From the NCBI GenBank assembly GCA_040904565.1, contig JBBDTI010000079.1, forward strand, positions 16,998-50,161: a stretch of 33,164 nucleotides of DNA, in the 5' to 3' direction. The DNA is from Rhodothermales bacterium (lineage in GTDB: Bacteria; Bacteroidota; Rhodothermia; Rhodothermales; VXPQ01). The position numbers and the translations under genes are program-made. Under the pieces are notes generated by a model that worked only from the letters and a program-made list of their open reading frames with translations, was not told where the DNA came from and did not search any database. Of this stretch, positions 18,346 through 27,415 are shown piece after piece; position 1 is the stretch's first letter; each line of letters begins with the position of its first letter.

Positions 18346-19290
18346 ATGCTGAACGTCAGAAACATACTCGTCACGACCGATCTGGCAGAGGACAGCCTGT
18401 GGTCGATTCGCTATGGATGGACGCTGGCCGCGCGCTTCGGAGCTGAACTCCACGTGTTCTATGCGGACGTGCTGCACGGTCCGTTGCACGGTGCGAGTGA
18501 TACGGTTCGAGCCGATACCGAGGTGGCTTCGCGTCTCGACGAGTTGACGACGCGGATCGCCGATGAGGATCGAGATGGAAGCCGCGTGAAGGTCCGCTAT
18601 GCCATCGAGCGAGACGTCTATCCCGCGCCTGCTATCCTCGACTACGCCGACAATCAAGACGTGGATCTGATCGTCATGGGCACGCATGGTCGGCGCGGCG
18701 TAAGCCGGCTCGTGCTGGGTAGCGTGGCGGAGGAAGTCGTCCGGGAGGCGAAGTGTGCCGTGATGACGATCCGGAAGCCGGAGGGCGAGGTGCCCGACCA
18801 CGTCGACATGACTTCGGTGCTCGTTCCGTTCGACTTCTCGGAGCACGCCGAACAGGCGCTCGCGCATGCCAAAGAGCTGGCAGCGGCATTCGGTGCGCGC
18901 ATCGAGCTGTTGCACGTGATCGAGGAGCAGCTCCATCCGGCTTTCTACGGGATTACGGTGCAATCGATATATGATCTGGATCCGGACATCGAGCAGAAAT
19001 CGGTCGACCATATGAAGGAAGCCTTCGAGTCGATCGCCGGACCTGACGTACGCGTTGCATATGAGGCGCGAGGCGGCTCACCGGCACGTGAGATTGCCGA
19101 CTATGCCGACGAGATAGGTGCAAGTCTGATCGTCATGGGAACGCACGGCCTGACGGGGCTCGAACACTTCTTGCTCGGAAGTACGACTGAACGCGTACTC
19201 AGGCGAGCGAAAGTACCCGTTCTCGCGCTGAAGAGTCTGGAAAAGTCGCTACTCGACACACCCGCTGGAACTCAGGCTTCAACCGCCTGA
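18346..19290 (+). CDS. Tandem-domain universal stress protein
   Basis: Two USP domains: DLIVMGTHGRRGVSRLVLGSVAE and LIVMGTHGLTGLEHFLLGSTTE. Confidence 0.93.
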   Translation: MLNVRNILVTTDLAEDSLWSIRYGWTLAARFGAELHVFYADVLHGPLHGASDTVRADTEVASRLDELTTRIADEDRDGSRVKVRYAIERDVYPAPAILDYADNQDVDLIVMGTHGRRGVSRLVLGSVAEEVVREAKCAVMTIRKPEGEVPDHVDMTSVLVPFDFSEHAEQALAHAKELAAAFGARIELLHVIEEQLHPAFYGITVQSIYDLDPDIEQKSVDHMKEAFESIAGPDVRVAYEARGGSPAREIADYADEIGASLIVMGTHGLTGLEHFLLGSTTERVLRRAKVPVLALKSLEKSLLDTPAGTQASTA

Positions 19291-19353
19291 CGGCGGCGCG
19301 AACCGGTGAATCCCCAAAAAAGACGAGCATCACCCCCAAAAGCATTGAATACC

Positions 19354-20619
19354 ATGGAGACGACTCGCACGGAAATAACGGGAGAAAGCCACGTAGGGAT
19401 CGGTGTGGGACGAACTCATCACGAGGTGGTGATCATTGGAGGAGGTACCGGCGGCATCACCGTCGCCTCGCAGCTGCTTCGCGCCCGCGAAGGGATGGAC
19501 ATCGCCGTCATCGAGCCCTCCACGGAGCATTACTACCAGCCGCTGTGGACGCTCGTGGGCGGGGGTATCTATCCAAAAGAACGGTCCAGGCGCAGTGAAA
19601 TCTCCGTCATGCCGGACGGCGTAGAGTGGATTCGGGAGCGGGCCACCCACGTGGATCCGGATCGTCAGATCGTCGAGACCGGATCCGGACGAAAGGTCGG
19701 CTATGACTTCCTGGTCGTAGCACCGGGCTTGACGATCGATTGGGGCGGTGTCAAGGGTCTGAAGGAAACGGTGGGCAGGAACGGCGTGTGCAGTATATAC
19801 GATTACGAACAGGCCGAGGTGGTCTCGCAGATGCTGCACGAATTCGAAGGCGGCGAGGCTTATTTCACCTCACCGGCCACGCCGATCAAATGCGGGGGCG
19901 CTCCCCAGAAGATTATGTGGCTGGCGGACGATCTGTGGCGGCGGCGGAAGGTCCGGGACCGCACCGAGATCACGTTTGCAACGGCGGGGACGGTCATTTT
20001 CGGCGTGCCGGGCTTCAAGGAGGCCCTCGAAGAACTCGTCGAGGAGCGGGAGATACATACGCTTTTCGAACACCACCTCGTGGAGATTCGTCCCGAGCAG
20101 CGGGAGGCCGTATTCGCTCCACTGGCGCCGGACGGTGAGACGGAGGTACGGTCCTACGACCTCCTTCACGTGACTCCACCCATGAAGGCCCCCGACTTCG
20201 TGTCCGGCAGTACGCTTGCGCATGCGGAGGGTGAATCAAAGGGATGGATGAACGTCGATATTCACACGCTGCAGCACCCCGACTATCCGAACGTGTTTGG
20301 CGTGGGTGACGTAGCGGCCCTGCCGACGGCCAAGACGGGAGCGGCCGTTCGGAAGCAGGCTCCCGTCGTCGCAGGTAATCTGCTGCGGGTCGCCGACGGG
20401 GGCACGCTCGGCGACGATGCGTCGCGCTACGACGGGTATTCCTCGTGTCCCATCGTCACCGGGTACGGCCGCCTCATCCTGGCCGAATTCGGTTATGACA
20501 ACGAGCCCATGCCGACCTTCCCGTTCGATCAGACTAAAGAACGACGAAGCATGTACATCCTGAAAAAATACGGCCTGCCGCCCCTCTACTGGAATCTGAT
20601 GCTGAAGGGGCGGGCGTGA
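19354..20619 (+). CDS. sqr: Sulfide:quinone oxidoreductase, type II-like
   Basis: GGGTGG FAD motif, HYYQPLWTLVGGG, catalytic Cys pair IKCGGAPQK and YDGYSSCPIVTG, LAEFGY, YWNLMLKG; start set at ATG 19354. Confidence 0.88.
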   Translation: METTRTEITGESHVGIGVGRTHHEVVIIGGGTGGITVASQLLRAREGMDIAVIEPSTEHYYQPLWTLVGGGIYPKERSRRSEISVMPDGVEWIRERATHVDPDRQIVETGSGRKVGYDFLVVAPGLTIDWGGVKGLKETVGRNGVCSIYDYEQAEVVSQMLHEFEGGEAYFTSPATPIKCGGAPQKIMWLADDLWRRRKVRDRTEITFATAGTVIFGVPGFKEALEELVEEREIHTLFEHHLVEIRPEQREAVFAPLAPDGETEVRSYDLLHVTPPMKAPDFVSGSTLAHAEGESKGWMNVDIHTLQHPDYPNVFGVGDVAALPTAKTGAAVRKQAPVVAGNLLRVADGGTLGDDASRYDGYSSCPIVTGYGRLILAEFGYDNEPMPTFPFDQTKERRSMYILKKYGLPPLYWNLMLKGRA

Positions 20620-20804
20620 CCCTCTCGATACCTCCGGGCAGCCCGCCCGCTACCCGGGTCGTCGTAGCCGGTGGTGTTCAGCAGCGTGAGCGCAGCTCGG
20701 GAGGGGGCACCGATGTAGGGGTTTCCCCCTCATGCCCGGATTGATTCCCCCGCATGGGGCCATTCGCCTTCCCCGATGCCCGCGGGAGGGTACGGGCTGT
20801 CATA

Positions 20805-20826
20805 TTAAGACTAATTGGTCTTTTAA
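20805..20826. promoter_or_regulatory. Candidate operator AAGAC-N6-GTCTT upstream of the nos operon
   Basis: AT-rich palindrome TTAAGACTAATTGGTCTTTTAA in GC-rich DNA, about 90 bp before the cyt c start. Confidence 0.5.
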
Positions 20827-20910
20827 CATGCCAGGGCTCGTTGGGAAACATTCCGGAAACACCCCCCGCACGAGCCACTCGATCCCCCATTCAACCAGAT
20901 ATTGACCGAC

Positions 20911-21378
20911 ATGCGAATCACCACTCTATTCATCTTCCTCCTTCTCTTCGCTGCCTGCGGTGGCAACGCCGATCAGAGCGGTGGAGAGGCTACGAACGGA
21001 GCCGCTACGGAAGGCGGGCTGACGCAGAGTCAGCTCGAAAACGGCATCGGCCCGGTAGAGAGCGTGGACCTGGGTGCTATCGACGAAGCGCTCGCGGCAC
21101 AGGGAGAAGAGATCTTTCGGACCAAATGCTCTGCCTGTCACAAGATGGACGAGCGCTACGTGGGTCCGCCCATGGAAGATATCGTCGAAAACCGCACGCC
21201 GGCCTACATCATGAACATGATGCTCAACCCGGAGGAGATGCTGCAGAAGCACCCCGAGGCGCGTGCGATGCTCGGCGAGTACATGACGCCGATGCCAAAC
21301 CAGCAACTGACGGAGGACGATGCCCGCGGCGTGCTGGAGTATCTGCGCTCAACGACCGGCGCATTCACCGGAGAATAG
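20911..21378 (+). CDS. Monoheme cytochrome c lipoprotein of the clade II nos cluster
   Basis: Lipobox FAAC, CSACH heme motif, YVGP, MMLNPEEM, distal Met region MTPMPNQ; directly upstream of nosZ. Confidence 0.9.
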   Translation: MRITTLFIFLLLFAACGGNADQSGGEATNGAATEGGLTQSQLENGIGPVESVDLGAIDEALAAQGEEIFRTKCSACHKMDERYVGPPMEDIVENRTPAYIMNMMLNPEEMLQKHPEARAMLGEYMTPMPNQQLTEDDARGVLEYLRSTTGAFTGE

Positions 21379-21483
21379 ACCCGGGAACCCCTTGGCACGA
21401 GTGTGCCGACACGTTACCAACGGCCACGGCACGCACGTGCCGACATAAAGGTGCCGAAACTTCAACGAACCTACATCAAGACC

Positions 21484-23436
21484 ATGCCCAACTCTTTCAA
21501 GAACATCGCACTGGCCATCGGGGCCGTGATCGCGGCCGGTGCCATCTTTTTTGCCTGTCAGTCGACGGGCGTTCAGCAGGGCGACGGAGATGCCGCGTCC
21601 GAGGTCTACGTTCCGCCCGGAAGCTACGACGAGTACTATGCCTTCATGTCGGGCGGCTTCAGCGGCAATCTGACCGTCCACGGATTGCCCTCCGGGCGCC
21701 TCTTGAAGACCGTGGCGGTCTTCTCCCAGCACCCGGAGAACGGATGGGGATATTCGGATGAGACGAAGGCCATGCTGGAAACGTCATACGGATTCATCCC
21801 GTGGGGCGACGCCCATCATCCGGAGCTCTCCATGACGGACGGCGTGCCCGACGGGCGGTGGATTTTTATCAACGAAAACAACACGCCGCGCATCGCCCGG
21901 ATCGACCTGACGACGTTCGAGACCGATGAGATCATCGAGATTCCCAACTCGGCCGGGAATCACGGATCGCCGTTCATCACGCCCAACTCGGAGTATGTCG
22001 TAGCCACGACGCGCTTCTCCGTGCCCGTCCCGCAGCGCGACATGCCGATCGACGAGTACAAGGGCAACTTCAAGGGGATGCTGAGCTTCATCCGCGCGGA
22101 CACGCCGGGTGAGATGGACGTCGCGTTCCAGATCATCGTCCCGGGGTACAACTACGATCTGGCGCATGCAGGTAAAGGTCCGTCGAACGGGTGGATGTTC
22201 TTTACGTCCTACAATAGCGAGGAAGCCCACACGCTGCAGGAAATCAACGCCTCGCAGAATGATAAGGACTTCATCGCGGCGGTAAACTGGCATCGGGCCG
22301 AAGAATGCGTGGCAGAGGGCTTGACGACCACGATGGACGCTGAATACGCCCACAACCACATGGACGAGCGCCACATCGCGGTCAGTGAAATGCGGACCGA
22401 GGTCACGGTGCTGGACCCCGCCGACTGCTCCGACATGGTGTACTTCCTGCCGACGCCGAAGTCGCCGCATGGTGTAGACGTGGATCCAACGGGTCAGTAT
22501 ATCGCCGCCGGCGGCAAGCTGGCGACGGTCATTCCGGTTCACTCGTTCGCGAAGATGATCGATGCGATCGAGAACGAGCAGTTCATCGAAGTCATCTCGG
22601 GCATTCCCGTGCTCGAATACGAGGCGATTCTGCACGGCGAGGTAGAGAATGCCGGACTGGGACCGCTCCACACGGAGTTCGACGGAAACGGATATGCCTA
22701 TACGACGGCCTTCATCTCCTCGGAGATCGTCAAATGGGATATCGAAACCACCGAGGTCGTGGATCGCATTCCGGTCTACTATTCGGTCGGTCACCTGATG
22801 ATACCGGGTGGAGATAGCCGCGCACCGGAGGGCAAGTACCTCGTGGCGCTGAACAAGATCACGAAGGACCGCTACCTGCCGACGGGTCCGGAGCTGGCGC
22901 ATTCCGCGCAGCTGATCGATATCAGCGGCGAGAAGATGCGCATGTTGCTGGACTTCCCCACGATGGGTGAGCCGCACTACGCGCAGGCCATTCGGGCGGA
23001 TCTGATCATGGACAAGCAGGTGCGGATGTATCAGCTGTCGGAGAACCGGCACCCGTACCGAGCCACGAGCGAGTCGGAAACGCGCATCGAACGAGAGGGC
23101 AACGAGGTGCACGTCTACATGACGACCATCCGCAGCCACTTCTCGCCCGATAATATTGAGGGCGTCAAGATTGGTGACGAGGTCTTCTTCCACGTCACGA
23201 ACCTCGAGCAGGACTGGGACGTGCCGCACGGCTTCGCCGTCGTCGGTGCGAACACCGCCGAGCTGCTCGTCATGCCGGGCCAGACGCGGACCCTCAGGTG
23301 GACGCCGCAGCGCATAGGCGTCTATCCGTTCTACTGCACCGACTTCTGCTCGGCACTGCACCAGGAGATGCAGGGGTACGTGCGCATCTCGCCGGCGGGA
23401 TCGGACGTTCCGCTCGCCTATAGCACGGGGGAATAA
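21484..23436 (+). CDS. nosZ: Nitrous oxide reductase, clade II (Sec-dependent)
   Basis: CuZ His motifs DAHH, GNHG, SPHG, GPLH, VGHL, EPH; CuA motif CTDFCSALHQEM; no twin-Arg, lipobox FFAC; start set at ATG 21484. Confidence 0.96.
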   Translation: MPNSFKNIALAIGAVIAAGAIFFACQSTGVQQGDGDAASEVYVPPGSYDEYYAFMSGGFSGNLTVHGLPSGRLLKTVAVFSQHPENGWGYSDETKAMLETSYGFIPWGDAHHPELSMTDGVPDGRWIFINENNTPRIARIDLTTFETDEIIEIPNSAGNHGSPFITPNSEYVVATTRFSVPVPQRDMPIDEYKGNFKGMLSFIRADTPGEMDVAFQIIVPGYNYDLAHAGKGPSNGWMFFTSYNSEEAHTLQEINASQNDKDFIAAVNWHRAEECVAEGLTTTMDAEYAHNHMDERHIAVSEMRTEVTVLDPADCSDMVYFLPTPKSPHGVDVDPTGQYIAAGGKLATVIPVHSFAKMIDAIENEQFIEVISGIPVLEYEAILHGEVENAGLGPLHTEFDGNGYAYTTAFISSEIVKWDIETTEVVDRIPVYYSVGHLMIPGGDSRAPEGKYLVALNKITKDRYLPTGPELAHSAQLIDISGEKMRMLLDFPTMGEPHYAQAIRADLIMDKQVRMYQLSENRHPYRATSESETRIEREGNEVHVYMTTIRSHFSPDNIEGVKIGDEVFFHVTNLEQDWDVPHGFAVVGANTAELLVMPGQTRTLRWTPQRIGVYPFYCTDFCSALHQEMQGYVRISPAGSDVPLAYSTGE

Positions 23437-24542
23437 TGCGTAGTAAAGAGGAGACATATGAAGGAATGGAGCGGCGGAGTCGCATGTCGACCGGTTCGCG
23501 CGTCGTGCTGGCGATTGCGTCGCTCCTTCTCCTCTCGGTCTATTTCTTCCCGATATGGAAGATCAGTCTCGAGGCTCCCCAGTATCCGGAAGGACTGGGG
23601 ATGTATATCGAGGTGGACGACATTCGAGGGGCGTCACCGGGCAACCTGGAGAGCATCAACGGGCTGAATCATTACATCGGGATGAAGGAGATTCATCCCG
23701 ATTCGATCCCCGAGCTGAAGATCATGCCCTGGTTGTTCGGGGGGCTGATCCTGCTGGGCCTGCTAGCGGCGGCTTCAGGCAGGAAGGGGATTCTCTATAC
23801 GTGGGTAGGACTCTTTCTCGTTCTTGCCGTCGTCGGCCTGGTCGATTTCTACCTTTGGGAATACGACTACGGGCATAATCTGGATCAGGAACGGGCCATT
23901 ATCAAAGTGCCGGGGATGACCTATCAGCCGCCTCTAATTGGCCGCAAGACGATGCTGAACATCACGGCGGTCTCGCTGCCGGCCCTCGGGGGCATGCTGA
24001 CCGTCGTGTCGCTCCTGATGGGGATGGGTGCGGCGGCGTGGGAGAAGCGCCGCAGCATGCGGCTCACCAAGGCGCCCGTCCTGGCCGCCATGGTTTTTGG
24101 CGCCGCGCTGATGGCGGGATGCTCCACCGGCCCTCGCCCGATCGCCTACGGAGACGACGTCTGTCATCACTGTAAGATGACAGCGAGCGACGCCCGGTTC
24201 GGCGCGGAATTCGTCAACGAGCACGGCAAGGTGTTCGTCTTCGATGCGATAGAGTGCCTGGCCGCGTTCGTTGCATCGAATGAAGTCGCCGCGGGCACGG
24301 CCTACGTTACCGCGATCACGGCGCCGGGTGCCCTCATCTCCGTCGAGGACGCCTTCTTCGCACGGAGCGAATCGATCATGAGTCCGATGGGCGCCCACCT
24401 GGGTGCCTTCGACTCGGCGCAGGCCAGAGATTCGTTTCTCGATGAGAGCGGCGGCGAAGCGCTCGACTGGGAAGACGTCATAGAAATCGGTGCGCGCGGG
24501 CACCCGGTCGGATCTGACGACGGCATGGCCGCAATCCCATGA
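23436..24542 (+). CDS. nosL: NosB-NosL fusion protein
   Basis: N-half WKISLEAPQYPEGL, NGLNHYIGM, DYGHNLD, YQPPLIG (NosB-like membrane protein); C-half CHHCKM, FDAIEC, SPMG (NosL Cu chaperone). Confidence 0.83.
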   Translation: MRSKEETYEGMERRSRMSTGSRVVLAIASLLLLSVYFFPIWKISLEAPQYPEGLGMYIEVDDIRGASPGNLESINGLNHYIGMKEIHPDSIPELKIMPWLFGGLILLGLLAAASGRKGILYTWVGLFLVLAVVGLVDFYLWEYDYGHNLDQERAIIKVPGMTYQPPLIGRKTMLNITAVSLPALGGMLTVVSLLMGMGAAAWEKRRSMRLTKAPVLAAMVFGAALMAGCSTGPRPIAYGDDVCHHCKMTASDARFGAEFVNEHGKVFVFDAIECLAAFVASNEVAAGTAYVTAITAPGALISVEDAFFARSESIMSPMGAHLGAFDSAQARDSFLDESGGEALDWEDVIEIGARGHPVGSDDGMAAIP

Positions 24543-25834
24543 CGACGTGGACGCGCATAGCAATGATCGCGGCGCTCACGCTGCTGCCTACGGGTGCGCT
24601 CAAAGGGCAAACCGTGGTTACGGTGAGTCCGGATGGCCCCATCTCGACGATCGAGGAAGCCGTTCGAACGGCGGAGGACGGTGCGCGCATCATCGTCGAA
24701 GCCGGGCGCTACCGTGTCACGACCGTCGAGATCCGGAAACCGGTCACCATTTCGGGTGAGCCCGGCGCCGTGCTCGTAGCGGTCGACGGGAATCAGATCT
24801 TTACGGTACTGGCCGATGGAGTGACCATTGAAGGCCTCACGCTGCGCGGTATTTCGACGAGCTTCATCGACGATCGAGCCGCCATACGCATCGAGCGTTC
24901 CGCCGGATGTCGGATCGCGAACAACTTCATCGACGATGCCTTCTTCGGCATTTATCTCGCTAAGGCGAACGATTGCGTCATCGCTGCGAACGTGTTTACG
25001 GCACGGAAGCCGACCCAGACGACGTCGGGGAACGGAATCCATCTCTGGTACTCCGAAGACATAGACATTCGAGACAACCGCATCCGGGGACACCGGGACG
25101 GCATCTACCTCGAATTCTCGTCCAATGTCGTGGTGACGAACAATGAAGCGCGCCGCAACCGCCGTTACGGGCTCCACTTCATGTTTTCAGACAACTGCCG
25201 GTACCTCGACAACACGTTCGCGGAGAATGATGCCGGCGTTGCCGTTATGTATTCGAGGGACGTTGAGATGATGCGAAATCGTTTCGTAGACAATTGGGGT
25301 CCCTCCGCGTTCGGACTTCTGCTGAAGGATATCACGGACAGTCGCATCGAAGGCAACGTAATCGAAGGTAACACGGTGGGAATCTACGCGGAAGGTGTCA
25401 ACCGCGTGCAGGTCATGCATAATGATTTCGTGGAGAACGGCCGGGCCGTAAAGCTCCTGGCCAACTCCATGGAAACCGAATTTAGAGCAAACAATTTCGT
25501 CGCCAACACCTTCGACGTCACGACGAACAGCCGTCAGAGCTACAGTACGTTCGAAGGGAACTACTGGGATGCGTATCGCGGATACGACCTCGATCGCGAC
25601 GGCACGGGCGACGTTCCCTTCTATCCCGTTCGCCTCTTCGCGTTGATCGTCGAGCGGAACGAACCGGCCATCATCTTGATGCGCAGTCTCTTCGTCCACC
25701 TGATGGATGCCGCGGAACGCGTACTGCCTACCTTGACGCCCAAAGCCGTCGTGGACGAGCGGCCGCTCATGAAGCGGGCACGGACGCCGGACCTCCATGC
25801 AGCACAATCCCCAATCATCCCCCAGCCGTCATGA
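24539..25834 (+). CDS. nosD: Nitrous oxide reductase maturation protein NosD
   Basis: Signal peptide, beta-helix repeats GNGIHLW, HRDGIYLEF, RYGLHFMFS, GNYWD, GYDLDRDGTGDVP. Confidence 0.94.
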   Translation: MTTWTRIAMIAALTLLPTGALKGQTVVTVSPDGPISTIEEAVRTAEDGARIIVEAGRYRVTTVEIRKPVTISGEPGAVLVAVDGNQIFTVLADGVTIEGLTLRGISTSFIDDRAAIRIERSAGCRIANNFIDDAFFGIYLAKANDCVIAANVFTARKPTQTTSGNGIHLWYSEDIDIRDNRIRGHRDGIYLEFSSNVVVTNNEARRNRRYGLHFMFSDNCRYLDNTFAENDAGVAVMYSRDVEMMRNRFVDNWGPSAFGLLLKDITDSRIEGNVIEGNTVGIYAEGVNRVQVMHNDFVENGRAVKLLANSMETEFRANNFVANTFDVTTNSRQSYSTFEGNYWDAYRGYDLDRDGTGDVPFYPVRLFALIVERNEPAIILMRSLFVHLMDAAERVLPTLTPKAVVDERPLMKRARTPDLHAAQSPIIPQPS

Positions 25835-26550
25835 ATCCCATTATCGCGCTACGCGATCTTCGAAAATCGTTCGGGCGGCTTGAGGTCCTTAAAGGCGTCG
25901 ACATGGACGTGATGCCGGGACGCGTCACGGCCGTGGTCGGACACAACGGATCGGGTAAGACCACGCTCATCAAGTCGATCCTCGGTCTCGTCAAGCCCGA
26001 CGCCGGAACGATACGTTTCGGGCAGGAAGAGCTCAACGGTGACTCGGAGTACCGCCGGCGAATCGGCTACATGGCGCAGTCCGCCCATTTCCCCGACAAC
26101 CTGACGGCGCTCGATCTGTTTGCCATGCTGGAGGATCTGCGTGGCAATGCTGGCGCGCGGAAAGAGACACTCATCAAGTCGTTCGGGCTGTTTCCGGAAC
26201 TCGAGAAACCGGTCCGCACGCTTTCCGGCGGCAATCGTCAGAAGGTGTCGGCCGTCATGGCGTTCATGTTCGAACCGGAGGTGCTCATCCTCGATGAACC
26301 CACGGCCGGACTGGACCCGGTCTCCAGCAGCGTGCTGAAGGATCTGGTCCACGCCGACAGAGCCCGGGGACGCTCCTTCATCCTTACGTCTCACATCATG
26401 AGCGAAATAGAGGAACTGGCCGATCACGTCGTCTTTCTTCAGGACGGACGCGTACGGTTCGACGGTCCGATCGACGACGTGCGGACGGGTACGGGCGAGC
26501 AGAATCTCGAGCGGGCGATTGCCCAATTGATGATGGAGGTCGAAGCATGA
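25831..26550 (+). CDS. nosF: ABC ATPase NosF
   Basis: GHNGSGKTT, LSGGNRQK, LILDEPTAGLDP; lies between nosD and nosY with ATGA overlaps. Confidence 0.9.
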   Translation: MNPIIALRDLRKSFGRLEVLKGVDMDVMPGRVTAVVGHNGSGKTTLIKSILGLVKPDAGTIRFGQEELNGDSEYRRRIGYMAQSAHFPDNLTALDLFAMLEDLRGNAGARKETLIKSFGLFPELEKPVRTLSGGNRQKVSAVMAFMFEPEVLILDEPTAGLDPVSSSVLKDLVHADRARGRSFILTSHIMSEIEELADHVVFLQDGRVRFDGPIDDVRTGTGEQNLERAIAQLMMEVEA

Positions 26551-27392
26551 GCCGTTCCATTACGCTTTCGCGAATTTTTGCCTCAACGGAGTCGACAGCG
26601 ACCTCGAACGCGACCCTCAAGCTCGCGAAATACGAGTTGCGCGACGTCATGCGCAGTCGCTGGATCCTGCTGTACGGGTTGTTTTTTCTCGGCTTAACGG
26701 AGGCCCTGCTCCGGTTCGGGGGCGGCACGACGCATGCCCTGATCAGTCTCATCAACGTGGTCCTGCTCATCGTTCCCCTCGTAGGGATCGTATTCGGAAC
26801 CATGTATCTCTACAGCGCGCGAGAATTCGTGGAGCTGCTCCTCTCTCAACCGGTCAACCGGAGGCAGCTCTACGTCGGGCTCTACGTGGGACTCGTCGGG
26901 CCGCTTACGGCGGCATTTCTGGTAGGCACGGCCGTGCCCTTTCTGGCCCGGGGATTGACGGCGGGCGACCTTTCGGCCTTTCTGTCGCTGCTCGGCGCGG
27001 GGACCTTCCTGACGCTTATTTTCGTCGGTTTTGCGTTTCCTATTTCCATCGGGAGTGACGAGCGGGTACGGGGCCTGGGCCTGGCGCTGGCCACGTGGCT
27101 CGGCCTCTCGGTCGTCTACGACGGATTCGTGCTCTTCATCCTCCAGGCGGCGGCGAATTATCCCCTCGAAGGGGCGGCGCTGGTGATGACGATGCTGAAT
27201 CCGGTGGACCTGGCGCGGTCGTTACTGCTGCTCCAGTTTGACGTCGCCGCTCTGATGGGCTACACGGGAGCCGTGTTCGAGCAGTTTTTCGGCAGCGCAT
27301 TCGGCACGGCGACGGCTCTGGCCGTGCTGGTCGTCTGGACCGCGCTTCCGTTCGGCATAGGGATGGCACGTTTTCGGAAGAAGGATTTCTAG
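26547..27392 (+). CDS. nosY: ABC permease NosY
   Basis: REFVELLLSQP, LNPVDLAR, ALMGYTGA, FRKKDF; multi-TM. Confidence 0.9.
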   Translation: MSRSITLSRIFASTESTATSNATLKLAKYELRDVMRSRWILLYGLFFLGLTEALLRFGGGTTHALISLINVVLLIVPLVGIVFGTMYLYSAREFVELLLSQPVNRRQLYVGLYVGLVGPLTAAFLVGTAVPFLARGLTAGDLSAFLSLLGAGTFLTLIFVGFAFPISIGSDERVRGLGLALATWLGLSVVYDGFVLFILQAAANYPLEGAALVMTMLNPVDLARSLLLLQFDVAALMGYTGAVFEQFFGSAFGTATALAVLVVWTALPFGIGMARFRKKDF

Positions 27393-27415
27393 GAATCGAA
27401 TGGACGGGCGGACCT

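Noticed and set aside
21393-21408. Sigma-54 promoter (TGGCACG...) before nosZ
   Set aside because: GG-to-GC spacing is 9 nt rather than the required 10; better explained as part of the duplicated palindrome
21784-23457. Long antisense ORFs (557 aa here; also 3260-4954, 618-2000, 12938-14329 and others)
   Set aside because: Shadow frames of well-supported genes in high-GC DNA, with no recognisable motifs
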